Virus record (IMG/VR): IMGVR_UViG_3300029913_000001
Source: a virus
Lineage: Duplodnaviria > Caudoviricetes
Direction: 5' to 3' (one strand)
Length of the DNA: 64,000 bases
Shown one piece after another: positions 26,146-33,750 of the stretch. Numbering within the stretch: position 1 is the stretch's first letter; each line of letters starts with the position of its first letter. A program made the position numbers and the translations under genes. A model generated the notes under the pieces. That model was not told the DNA's origin, did not search any database, and saw only the letters and a program-made list of their open reading frames with translations.

Positions 26146-26691
26146 TTAAATGATGGTGTGATTTAATTTTTGATTAGGAATATGGTATTCACTCCTAAGA
26201 AGTCGTATAATACTTTCTGAATCATCGAATTTAATCCATTCACCATTTTCGATATTTACATTAAATTTATTTAATAATGCATTTTCAACTTTTCGTCTAT
26301 CTAAAACAAATTCATAATGCTTAACTTTATATTGTTTAAATGGATCGCAAGTTTGATATGCGAGAAGTCTCTTATTTAAATCCATCGTCATACCAATTTT
26401 TAAATGATCTGGCCATATTGGATTCCAAATTAAATAAACAATGCCTTCTTTACAAGTTTTAACATCGCCACCGCGCGAAATTAACAGTTTTAAAAATTCT
26501 AGCCCTCCCATTTTTCTTGCATAATTTTTACTGAATTTATTATTATGCTTGGGCCGACAGTCTCCATAAATCTCGATATATGCCTGCATAATATTTTCAT
26601 TAAGAGAAAATAAACCTTTTTCAGGAATAATACGGTTATTTATCATTATATCAAATGTTTGCTTAATTCTTGATAATTTATCTTGATTCAT
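26146..26691 (-). CDS. T5orf172/MUG113-type GIY-YIG nuclease
   Basis: GIVYLIWNP.WP..LKIGMT.DL.KRL..YQT.DP...VE..L...GEW. Confidence 0.8.
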   Translation of the reverse strand: MNQDKLSRIKQTFDIMINNRIIPEKGLFSLNENIMQAYIEIYGDCRPKHNNKFSKNYARKMGGLEFLKLLISRGGDVKTCKEGIVYLIWNPIWPDHLKIGMTMDLNKRLLAYQTCDPFKQYKVKHYEFVLDRRKVENALLNKFNVNIENGEWIKFDDSESIIRLLRSEYHIPNQKLNHTII

Positions 26692-26718
26692 TTTCCTATT
26701 CTTTAATTATATAACTTT

Positions 26719-26855
26719 TGGTGGGTCCAGCGGGACTTGAACCCGCCACCAACCGGTTACCCGTGTCCATTCGGTAAACGCCCTCGCCAGATTCGAACTG
26801 GCATCATTCCTTTAAGGACCAAAGCCGGTTGCTCTACCAGATGAGCTATAGACCC
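26719..26855 (-). tRNA. tRNA-Lys(UUU) interrupted by a 61-nt insert (26760-26820) in the anticodon
   Basis: Removing 26760-26820 restores a canonical 76-nt cloverleaf: GGGTCTA/TGGACCC-A-CCA and ACCGG-CTTTTAA-CCGGT. Confidence 0.85.
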
Positions 26856-26866
26856 ATAAAAATTTT

Positions 26867-26942
26867 TGGTGCGCCCACCGAGACTCGAACTCGGATTGAT
26901 CGGGTAAGAGCCGAATATTCTAATCCATTGAATTATAGGCGC
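26867..26942 (-). tRNA. tRNA-Lys(CUU)
   Basis: GCGCCTA/TGGGCGC-A-CCA; CTCTTAC loop. Confidence 0.88.
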
Positions 26943-26963
26943 ACTATTTTAATATCGTTAGCC

Positions 26964-27050
26964 TACAGGCCCATCTGCTAAGCAGACCGCACGGGTAGCG
27001 TGGCTCCGAGGTAACCGTCGCCAGTTATTGTTCCACGGACTTTTCCTGTA
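26964..27050 (-). ncRNA. Unassigned structured RNA
   Basis: Closing TACAGG/CCTGTA; internal TCTGCT/AGCAGA and CACG/CGTG; GC-rich island in an AT-rich spacer. Confidence 0.4.
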
Positions 27051-27077
27051 TGTTTCGTTCGCGTGTGCTATTAAACT

Positions 27078-27150
27078 TTGTCAGAGTGAGTCTCGACCTC
27101 ACAACCTACTGAGTACAATCTCAGCGCTCTACCATTTGAGCTATCTGACT
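27078..27150 (-). pseudogene. Degenerate tRNA (6-nt anticodon loop ATTGTA, no CCA)
   Basis: GTCAGA/TCTGAC; GCTC-AAATGGTA-GAGC; CTGAG/CTCAG; GTGAG/CTCAC. Confidence 0.55.
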
Positions 27151-27290
27151 GTCCGGCGCTTTCAACCGGAACCACTCCACCTTTTAAGGAGTGTTTGACT
27201 TTAAATTTGCTGGTCCCTAACACGGTACCAATCCAGGTAGTATCCGGATTAACTCCGGTCTACCCACTGCCGTCATGCTCGGCCCACAAA
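27151..27290 (-). ncRNA. Unassigned hairpin-rich RNA
   Basis: Stems GGTAG-CCGGA/TCCGG-CTACC, TGGT/ACCA, CACTCC/GGAGTG and TCCGG/CCGGA. Confidence 0.35.
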
Positions 27291-27340
27291 TTAATTAAAT
27301 ATTACTATTAAATGACAAATCGAAACTGTCCGATCTTAAA

Positions 27341-27419
27341 GATGCCCGATGGCCAGTAGCTCGAATCCTGCTCAGCCGGGTAAGAGCCGACTGCATCTAA
27401 CCATCAATGCTTACCGCCC
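27341..27419 (-). pseudogene. Pseudo tRNA-Lys(CUU), 3' acceptor strand lost
   Basis: GGGCGGTAAGCATTGATGGTTAGATGC-A-GTCGG-CTCTTAC-CCGGC; no strand complementary to GGGCGGT. Confidence 0.55.
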
Positions 27420-28009
27420 ATATGAAATTGTTTCTTACCTTTTACCAACATAATATTTGATAATCTTGTATAACCTAAATAATTTTGATTGGGAATTTTT
27501 TGGTCTTCACGCAGTGCTTTAATTATTTTATCTGAATCTGAGAATTTAATCCATTCACCTTCTGCTGCGTGAATTTTAAATTTTTCCAGCAACGTTGATT
27601 CTGTACTTCGGCGATTTAATACAAATTCATAACCTTTTACAGTATATAATTGTCTAGGATCATATGTCTGATATGATATTAATCTTTTGTCTAAATCCAT
27701 AGTCATACCAATTTTTAAATATTCTGGCCAAGCGGGATTACCAATTAAATAAACTAGACCTTCCTTACAAGAAGTAATATTTCCCCCGCGTTCCAAATTA
27801 ACCTTCAATAATTTAAGCCCTGCTAATTTTCTCGCATAATTACGGCTAAATCGTTGATTAGAAATTTCTCCTAACATGCCATATATTTTGATATACTCGG
27901 CTAGCATTTCTTCATTGATCGAAAAAATACCGTTTTCAGGAATAATTTTTTCGTGGATCATTTCTGCTATCGTGTTTTGAATTCTATCTATATTATTTTT
28001 ATTAAACAT
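27404..28009 (-). CDS. T5orf172/MUG113-type GIY-YIG nuclease (paralog of 26146..26691)
   Basis: Shared KFSxNYARKxxGL, GLVYLIGNPAWP..KIGMTMDL and EGEWIKF; start MFNKNN lies downstream of tRNA-Asn. Confidence 0.8.
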   Translation of the reverse strand: MFNKNNIDRIQNTIAEMIHEKIIPENGIFSINEEMLAEYIKIYGMLGEISNQRFSRNYARKLAGLKLLKVNLERGGNITSCKEGLVYLIGNPAWPEYLKIGMTMDLDKRLISYQTYDPRQLYTVKGYEFVLNRRSTESTLLEKFKIHAAEGEWIKFSDSDKIIKALREDQKIPNQNYLGYTRLSNIMLVKGKKQFHMGGKH

Positions 28010-28015
28010 AATCTT

Positions 28016-28091
28016 TGGCTGACCCCATGGGATTCGGACCCACATCGTCGATATTAACGGTATCGCGCATTACCAATTATGCTAAAGGTCA
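28016..28091 (-). tRNA. tRNA-Asn(GUU), C at position 33
   Basis: TGACCTT/GGGGTCA-G-CCA; CGATA-CCGTTAA-TATCG. Confidence 0.85.
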
Positions 28092-28120
28092 ACACTTTTA
28101 AAAGTCCATTTCTAAAATTT

Positions 28121-28205
28121 TGGTGCCCAGAGAGGAACTCGAATCCTCAAACCTTTCGGTGGCGGATTTTAAGTCCGCTGCGGTTTCCAATTTCGCCATC
28201 CGGGC
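28121..28205 (-). tRNA. tRNA-Leu(UAA)
   Basis: GCCCGGA/TCTGGGC region; GCGGA-CTTAAAA-TCCGC; long variable arm; CCA. Confidence 0.92.
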
Positions 28206-28294
28206 ACAATCTTTTAAATATCGGCGGCCAGTTCATCTTGGCACTTTGTACATAGATAATATGGTAAGATTTGAACTATCGTATCTAAAAATTT

Positions 28295-28368
28295 TCGGAG
28301 AGGTGGGGATCGAACCCACTCGATGTCCTGTTCCCAAAACAGGCGGCTAACCCGTAGCCCACTCTCCG
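28295..28368 (-). tRNA. tRNA-Pro(UGG), no encoded CCA
   Basis: CGGAGAG/CTCTCCG-A; CCTGT-TTTGGGA-ACAGG. Confidence 0.85.
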
Positions 28369-28375
28369 TTTAAAC

Positions 28376-28550
28376 TTGCTCTCGCGCCCGGATTCCTACC
28401 GGGGTCTCTGTTCTCAAGCGAACAGGCTCTAAATCCAGAATTCTTTTCTATGAATCGTCTATAGCCGTATCATAGATTATCCTTCTGTTTAGCGTTAGTT
28501 TAAACTGCCCCGTCGGACATTTATCTAGCGCTCAATTGAGCTACACGAAA
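28376..28550 (-). ncRNA. Interrupted tRNA-like RNA (175 nt, ~100-nt insertion)
   Basis: Acceptor TTTCGTG/CGCGAGA; TA-GCTC D-stem start; TGTTC/GAACA arm; T-arm CCCGG-TAGGAAT-CCGGG. Confidence 0.55.
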
Positions 28551-28643
28551 CTTTAAATAATAACTCTGGTATTGCACAATAACATTACCAATGTTAGTAT
28601 GCAATTATACTGAATCGTCCAGCAGCCATATATCAGTTACTAG

Positions 28644-28746
28644 TTAAAATATTCGACGGTTTAGCCCAAATATGAGAGGCACTGAATAGATAATTTCTTC
28701 CGGGGGTAGTGTGAGGTTACAATCTCACAACCGTCGAATATTTTAA
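28644..28746. ncRNA. Structured element with a perfect 18-bp terminal stem
   Basis: TTAAAATATTCGACGGTT ... AACCGTCGAATATTTTAA; inner TGTGAG/CTCACA hairpin. Confidence 0.5.
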
Positions 28747-28919
28747 CTAATTTTGACGTGTACTCGTTATGAAGGGAGTATTCTAATTTCTCCGAAATTA
28801 GTCATCCATTACTTCATTTATTAACCTCCACGCCAAACCTTTAAACTTGTGGGGCAGTGTGTATTCCCTGCCCCTATATTACAATGCCATATAATTTATA
28901 TATTTGCTACTTTGAAAAT

Positions 28920-29013
28920 TGGTGCAAGCGGAGAGAGTTGAACCCCCAATGTTAACTCCTAAGAGAGCAGGGTTACGGCCTGCCGCATCACACCCGATAG
29001 ATGCCTCGCTTGC
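28920..29013 (-). tRNA. tRNA-Tyr(GUA), C at position 33
   Basis: GCAAGCG/CGCTTGC-A-CCA; GCAGG-CCGTAAC-CCTGC; long variable arm. Confidence 0.82.
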
Positions 29014-29050
29014 ATTTAAAAATCTTTTATCCTATACCACAATAAACTTT

Positions 29051-29140
29051 TGGTGCCCTAGGCGAGAGTCGAACTCGCAATGATCTTTTAGATCGACGAA
29101 GATTTTGAGTCTCCCGAATTTGCCATTCTTCTACTAGGGC
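29051..29140 (-). tRNA. tRNA-Leu(CAA)
   Basis: GCCCTAG/CTAGGGC-A-CCA; CTCAAAA loop. Confidence 0.88.
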
Positions 29141-29275
29141 ACAGCTTAAACTTTATGGCGAGTTACCGTATGGTCAAATTTGCAAATTCAACGCGCCGGA
29201 TTCACCTAGTAGGATAAATTGTACGGTGCATATTCGAATTCTACCGTCTTCAATTTTCTCCCGATAATAAAACTT

Positions 29276-29358
29276 TGGTGCCCGCGGAGGGAGTCGAACC
29301 CCCACTCTTTTGGAACTGCGTCCTAAGCGCAGCGCGTCTGCCATTCCGCCACGCGGGC
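29276..29358 (-). tRNA. tRNA-Leu(UAG)
   Basis: GCCCGCG/CGCGGGC-A-CCA; CTGCG-CTTAGGA-CGCAG. Confidence 0.93.
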
Positions 29359-29460
29359 ATTTCTTAAACTTGGGACGGGGTTTCACCGTCCGCCGCTTCG
29401 AATTATTCAACGAAGCTAACACCTAAATATTCCGTCGCATTTTTAAAAATGCGGAAACAA

Positions 29461-29564
29461 ACCGGGGAGCTATGGATTTCACGGAGTGGCATTGCCCGTC
29501 AGAGTAATGTCACTTAGTCGCAAACCCTACCCAGTAGGATTAATGCGAACGTTCCACCATCGGT
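29461..29564 (-). ncRNA. Unassigned multi-stem RNA
   Basis: ACCG/CGGT and ATGG/CCAT outer pairs; TCGCA-TCCTAC/GTAGGG-TGCGA inner arm. Confidence 0.35.
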
Positions 29565-29604
29565 GATCAACCGAATTTGTGTCTATCTGCTCCTAGTATG
29601 CTGT

Positions 29605-29671
29605 CTACTCCAATGGGATTTGAACCCATATCTGCGACGTAGCGCCGCTCTGCCTGTTGAGCTATGGAGTT
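29605..29671 (-). pseudogene. tRNA with a shortened anticodon arm (67 nt)
   Basis: ACTCCA/TGGAGT; GCTC-AACAGGCA-GAGC; ATGGG-TTCAAAT-CCCAT; only GGCGCTACGTCGC between the D arm and the variable region. Confidence 0.55.
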
Positions 29672-29870
29672 TCTAGGCATACCAATTCTAAACTTTGCCA
29701 GTAATAATACGGCCACTGGCAGGACCTTTCGATTTCGAATTAAGAGGTATACAACCAGCATTTAATTCGGAAATCTTTTCATCAACTACATTCGTTTCAA
29801 TTGTCAAACATCCATGATGAACTTTGTCCTGGGACAAAATGTTTTTGTTTCCATCACAGTTTACTTCTTA

Positions 29871-30107
29871 ATCATATCACTTTCAAACTCTGTTGTCAAC
29901 TTCTTTTTTCAACTTGATGCCTTTGTGTCCTACCACTTTCTTAGTGTAGCAAATTGCCCTGTTCTTGTCAACCTAAAATTTTTGGTGGAGCTGGAGAATT
30001 TTGAAATCTCGGCCTCCGCATTGCAAGTGCGGCGCTCTCCCTCTGAGCTACAACCCCCCACGTTTCTACTACTTTTCAATCATACAACAGTTGGTCTGCA
30101 TTGTCAA
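29871..30107 (-). promoter_or_regulatory. Three stacked sigma70-like promoters at the head of the tRNA array
   Basis: TTGACA-17-TATGAT (29871-29899), TTGACA-17-TACACT (29943-29971), TTGACA-17-TATGAT (30079-30107). Confidence 0.8.
29983..30057 (-). tRNA. tRNA-Ala(UGC)
   Basis: G3:U70 pair; CCGCA-CTTGCAA-TGCGG; CCA. Confidence 0.92.
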
Positions 30108-30350
30108 CCGTTAATTTCATTTCGAAGTCTAATGACAACTTCATCCTTATCGGCAAAACGATTGCCAAAAATACGTTCACCGTCAATTGTTTCGTAGTTG
30201 CCGGCCGGAGCAATAGTTCGATACAACTCAACCAATCGTTCCTCTGCCGCGGACAAAATTCTGTTAATACGCAAATCTCGCATCGTTCCTCAATTCTTGA
30301 CTACTTATTTAGTTTAGCAGCATTCAACGATAATGTCAATCTGCTAATAA

Positions 30351-30539
30351 TTACAGCTTCGGAACAGAGCGCAAATACTCTAAAACTGTATCATACACGA
30401 TTGCTTTCCCTAGCTCGTAATCGTTAAAGCCACGACTTGCAATCCTTCGTTCAGTTTCGAGCCATTGAATAAACTCATCGAGCTGTTCCTTCGTCATACC
30501 AGTGCCTTTCTCTGCTAATTTGAGTCTACAACATCCCAT
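30351..30539 (-). CDS. Hypothetical protein
   Basis: 62 aa; probable start MTKEQ. Confidence 0.45.
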   Translation of the reverse strand: MGCCRLKLAEKGTGMTKEQLDEFIQWLETERRIASRGFNDYELGKAIVYDTVLEYLRSVPKL

Positions 30540-30678
30540 TTTCGTACTCTAGACGAACGAGGTTTAAGAAGTTTTAACCCGCTGCGTCCACTACGCGCCG
30601 GCTTAAAGTTCGCTTTCTTGTGCGCTCGTGTAGTAATTCCGCAAAGCCCACAGCGTTTACTCTTCATTACATTCCCCT

Positions 30679-30717
30679 CACTGAAATAATTATAGCAAAG
30701 TTCGATACCGAATGCAA
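30679..30717 (-). promoter_or_regulatory. Conserved early promoter, copy 1
   Basis: TTGCAT-17-TATAAT with the core TTTGCTATAATTATTTCAGTG. Confidence 0.85.
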
Positions 30718-30895
30718 GTGAAATCAATCGAAAAACCAAGAAAAATGCTCCATTGAAAACAAAGGACTTAAAAACGCCCCAGTATGCCCCTGCTTAATAT
30801 CGCTATACTCAGCCATATCGGCACCACTGCCAGGGGCACACGGCGTCAAATCTAAGAAATCGGCCCTTTAAAATCAACAACCTACTATCAAACAA

Positions 30896-30969
30896 TGGTG
30901 GAGCTGAAGGAAATCGAATCCTTGTTTACTCGTTGCGAACGAGTCGTTCTCCCACTGAACCACAGCCCC
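30896..30969 (-). tRNA. tRNA-Ala(CGC)
   Basis: G3:U70 pair; ACTCG-TTCGCAA-CGAGT; CCA. Confidence 0.88.
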
Positions 30970-31015
30970 CAATCTAAAAATGCGTTAAAAAGCATATTTT
31001 AATAAATATTTTCAT

Positions 31016-31345
31016 ATGAAACCGATATTGTTTATCGCATTTTTAATTTTTCCCGTTTCCATGAATGCTCAACCATGCTACCCGCATTGGGTTAATTTTC
31101 ATATTATTCCAGCGTCACCAGACTTTGTTGCAAGACAAATACCGCTGGGAATATGGGCTGATTGTAAAATTACTAATTCTCGTCCTCCCGAAACCTTCTT
31201 AAAGAACATAATTAATTATTATGGTGGCCCCAAATATGCTTCAATTTTTTGTGAGCCTACTAAAATAGGTAGGCAGTTTTCGATAATTCTTTTTGCAAAT
31301 TCAAAAAATAATTCTGAAGAAAATGACGATTCCGATGATGACTAG
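31016..31345 (+). CDS. Small secreted hypothetical protein
   Basis: Signal peptide MKPILFIAFLIFPVSMNA; TAAATA upstream; convergent with the next gene. Confidence 0.55.
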   Translation: MKPILFIAFLIFPVSMNAQPCYPHWVNFHIIPASPDFVARQIPLGIWADCKITNSRPPETFLKNIINYYGGPKYASIFCEPTKIGRQFSIILFANSKNNSEENDDSDDD

Positions 31346-31349
31346 CTCG

Positions 31350-31631
31350 TTAAAATCCTAAATTCTTATATCTACAAACTGCCGATTTTAATCGTTCATT
31401 TGGCTCCTGGGGATGTTGCAATGCATTTACAAACTGAGCCAACTCGTTATCGGATAATTTCCATTCTGCTGGTTTAAGAGCAATCCAATCTTTAAATTCG
31501 TAACGATTAGCCAATCTCTTATATACGTTTCTTAAATCAGCATCTAAATGTTCTTTCATATCTCCCCCATAAAACGAAAACCTTGACCAATGTGGCCAAG
31601 GTTTATAGAATCCTATTAAACCTCGACTCAA
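31350..31631 (-). CDS. Hypothetical protein
   Basis: 93 aa; ends PNERLKSAV.RYK. Confidence 0.5.
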   Translation of the reverse strand: MSRGLIGFYKPWPHWSRFSFYGGDMKEHLDADLRNVYKRLANRYEFKDWIALKPAEWKLSDNELAQFVNALQHPQEPNERLKSAVCRYKNLGF

Positions 31632-31838
31632 TCGATTAAATTATTTACGGCCGTTTCTATCACTGGTGCGGCTATGTTGGAGTAATTCGAATAATCAATC
31701 AGCACATCGGCTTTCTTAAATACATCGAATTTACGCTCAGTCAGCATATTCTTTGTTCCCGGTTTAGTTGTAAAAACATTTTGCATATAATGTATTTATA
31801 CCTTAGAAAAAGTTTTTTCTGCTTATTTTAAAATAATT

Positions 31839-32393
31839 TTAAAATAAATCTTCATTACCAAGCCACTTAATCATGGGCATCAATAATCCGATACTTTTTG
31901 ATAAATTTTTGTCGATGGCCTCATTTAATGCATTTTTAGAAGAAAGAATTATTCCAATTTTACCACCATAGTTAAACCAATCATTATTCAATTCTTCTTT
32001 TGAAATTGGTCTATTATTATAATCGGTAATCGAAAAGTATTTATTAAGCTGTATCGAATGCAATAGCCAACGCAACCCCTCGGGTGTTAAATCTTCCGAC
32101 GGCCTAATTTTTAATTGCTTTTCGTTGTGCAGAATCGACAAAATAATTATTGTTATTAAGCCTTTTTTATGAGAAATATTTTCCATTCGAATGAGTTCGT
32201 TATTTAATGTTGTTATTGCTAATGCCGTTAAACATTCATTCTCATCGAGAGTAAAATACGAAATAAAAAATGCATCTATACTTTTGTAAATTTTTTCTAG
32301 ATCTACTATCTTATATAACGTAGAATTTTCTGGCTTCTTTTTCCCCTTTGCGCTCACTAATTCTACAGATCGAGTAATTTCATTTATTTTCAT
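31839..32393 (-). CDS. Distant GNAT-like paralog (subfamily 2) with MKINE leader
   Basis: IRMENISHKKGLITIIILSIL..LKI.PSEDLTPEGLRWL; TAAATA at 32399-32404. Confidence 0.6.
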   Translation of the reverse strand: MKINEITRSVELVSAKGKKKPENSTLYKIVDLEKIYKSIDAFFISYFTLDENECLTALAITTLNNELIRMENISHKKGLITIIILSILHNEKQLKIRPSEDLTPEGLRWLLHSIQLNKYFSITDYNNRPISKEELNNDWFNYGGKIGIILSSKNALNEAIDKNLSKSIGLLMPMIKWLGNEDLF

Positions 32394-32486
32394 ATAATTA
32401 TTTACTGTTTCTATCCCACACCGGTATACTATAAGTTTCGATCTCGGGCATTACGTTTTCGTTCCGTATAAATTACTGAATCGAAA

Positions 32487-32801
32487 TTATTTTGAAATTA
32501 ATTCTAACACAGTGTTAAATGGTTTAATTTTTTTCTTCATAATGGGTAGGGTATTAAACGTCCAATCTTCTGCGCCGTCATATTCAAGACGGCTTAACCA
32601 CCAATTATTTCCGACTACGACGAGATCCGCTGCAATTTCTTGACTGCCATATCCGCTATTGTAATTTACATTCCCTATTTTTTCGAACTCTTGCCATGAA
32701 ATAACATATTTTCCGTCGCTTGACCCAACCCAATTAACATCCTCTACCGTCTTATCGCAAATAGTAAGATAACCAATTGTTTCTATGAGTAAATTTGTCA
32801 T
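32487..32801 (-). CDS. Hypothetical phage protein
   Basis: Start MTNLLIET; NYNSGYGSQEI..DLVVVG..WWL.R.EYDG.E.W. Confidence 0.7.
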   Translation of the reverse strand: MTNLLIETIGYLTICDKTVEDVNWVGSSDGKYVISWQEFEKIGNVNYNSGYGSQEIAADLVVVGNNWWLSRLEYDGAEDWTFNTLPIMKKKIKPFNTVLELISK

Positions 32802-32802
32802 T

Positions 32803-33039
32803 TCATTGCCCCAACCTAAAAATTTCGTCATTGGAAAGTTTTCGAACAGTCCGCAAAAATCGAAAAATCCTAAGGACATTGCCATCTTCAGACACATTAA
32901 TGTAAACTATCGTTTCGGCTGGATCATATGGATCATGATAATCAATCTTACTCACAATTCCAATATTAATTGAATCGAGTAGACCCCACATTGTATCAAA
33001 TTCAACATGATCCCCGGTCTTAATTTTTACGGTTTGCAT
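32803..33039 (-). CDS. Small beta-barrel-like protein with C-terminal helix
   Basis: IKTGDHVEF ... RKLSNDEIFRLGQ. Confidence 0.6.
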   Translation of the reverse strand: MQTVKIKTGDHVEFDTMWGLLDSINIGIVSKIDYHDPYDPAETIVYINVSEDGNVLRIFRFLRTVRKLSNDEIFRLGQ

Positions 33040-33040
33040 T

Positions 33041-33256
33041 CTATTCTGTCAAATTAACGTCGAGAATTGGAAATTTATCCTGCACCTTACCACAATCCAT
33101 GCAGAGATTAAATTCAAGATAATCGCCGCCGCCGATTCCTAAATTATCCGGAACATACCCATCATGCTCAAGCTCTCCAAAAGTAACAAAACATAAATCC
33201 GAACATTTTCCCGAAACCGTTAAAATACGATCACTACTGCACGAGTTGCAAATCAT
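33041..33256 (-). CDS. Zinc-ribbon hypothetical protein
   Basis: CNSC ... CMDC. Confidence 0.6.
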   Translation of the reverse strand: MICNSCSSDRILTVSGKCSDLCFVTFGELEHDGYVPDNLGIGGGDYLEFNLCMDCGKVQDKFPILDVNLTE

Positions 33257-33742
33257 TTAATATCTCCTAGTTGAAAATTTCGTTCGAATTGCGCCAATAA
33301 GATCATTAAGATTTTCATAAAGAGGAACATTGTATTTTTTGCAGACGATATCAATATTACCTTTACGATAGTACCCTTTTGGGCAGCATACTAAAACTTG
33401 CTGCGTTTTTGCCTGAAGGCCCAATTCCAATAAAGTAACAGGCGCCTTAGTTAATTTAGCCTGTTCTTCATCTGACCCAAATACATAAATGCACAAATTA
33501 GCTAAATCTTGCCCCGCTAATTCCCATTCAACCTGTTGCCGAAATCGATGATCCTCGATGCTTTGCACCCATGAAGAATCCCAATCATCACGCCTGGGAT
33601 TAAGAAAAATAACATTTAACTCGGTTAATGCATTGACGACTCGCTCTTGCCAATTTTCTGCTTTTCCTTGCTCGATCGCACCGCCAAGAAAAATGACTGG
33701 TCGATCGACGGTATAAGCATTCGGGGCCTTAACTTCAATCAT
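33257..33742 (-). CDS. Nucleoside 2-deoxyribosyltransferase-like protein
   Basis: IFLGGAIEQG..NWQ, NPRRDDW, QVEWEL, TLLELG, GNIDIVC. Confidence 0.85.
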   Translation of the reverse strand: MIEVKAPNAYTVDRPVIFLGGAIEQGKAENWQERVVNALTELNVIFLNPRRDDWDSSWVQSIEDHRFRQQVEWELAGQDLANLCIYVFGSDEEQAKLTKAPVTLLELGLQAKTQQVLVCCPKGYYRKGNIDIVCKKYNVPLYENLNDLIGAIRTKFSTRRY

Positions 33743-33750
33743 TTTTAATT

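Noticed and set aside
26760-26820. HDV-like/theta ribozyme reading of the tRNA-Lys insert (GGTCC...CCGAATGGAC resembles P2 and J4/2)
   Set aside because: I could not build P1, P3, the pyrimidine-rich L3 or P1.1 from the intervening sequence. An RNArobo or Infernal search would settle it.
8850-28350. ORF calls or N-terminal extensions running through tRNA genes (8644..8949, 10984..12135, 27404..28045, 12058..12288, 16001..16183, 28120..28350)
   Set aside because: The sequence is explained by tRNA cloverleaves, and better starts with RBS lie downstream.
13599-29564. tmRNA or RNase P RNA among the unassigned RNAs
   Set aside because: No G3:U70 tRNA-like domain with a tag reading frame, and no GAGGAAAGUCC P4 signature was seen.
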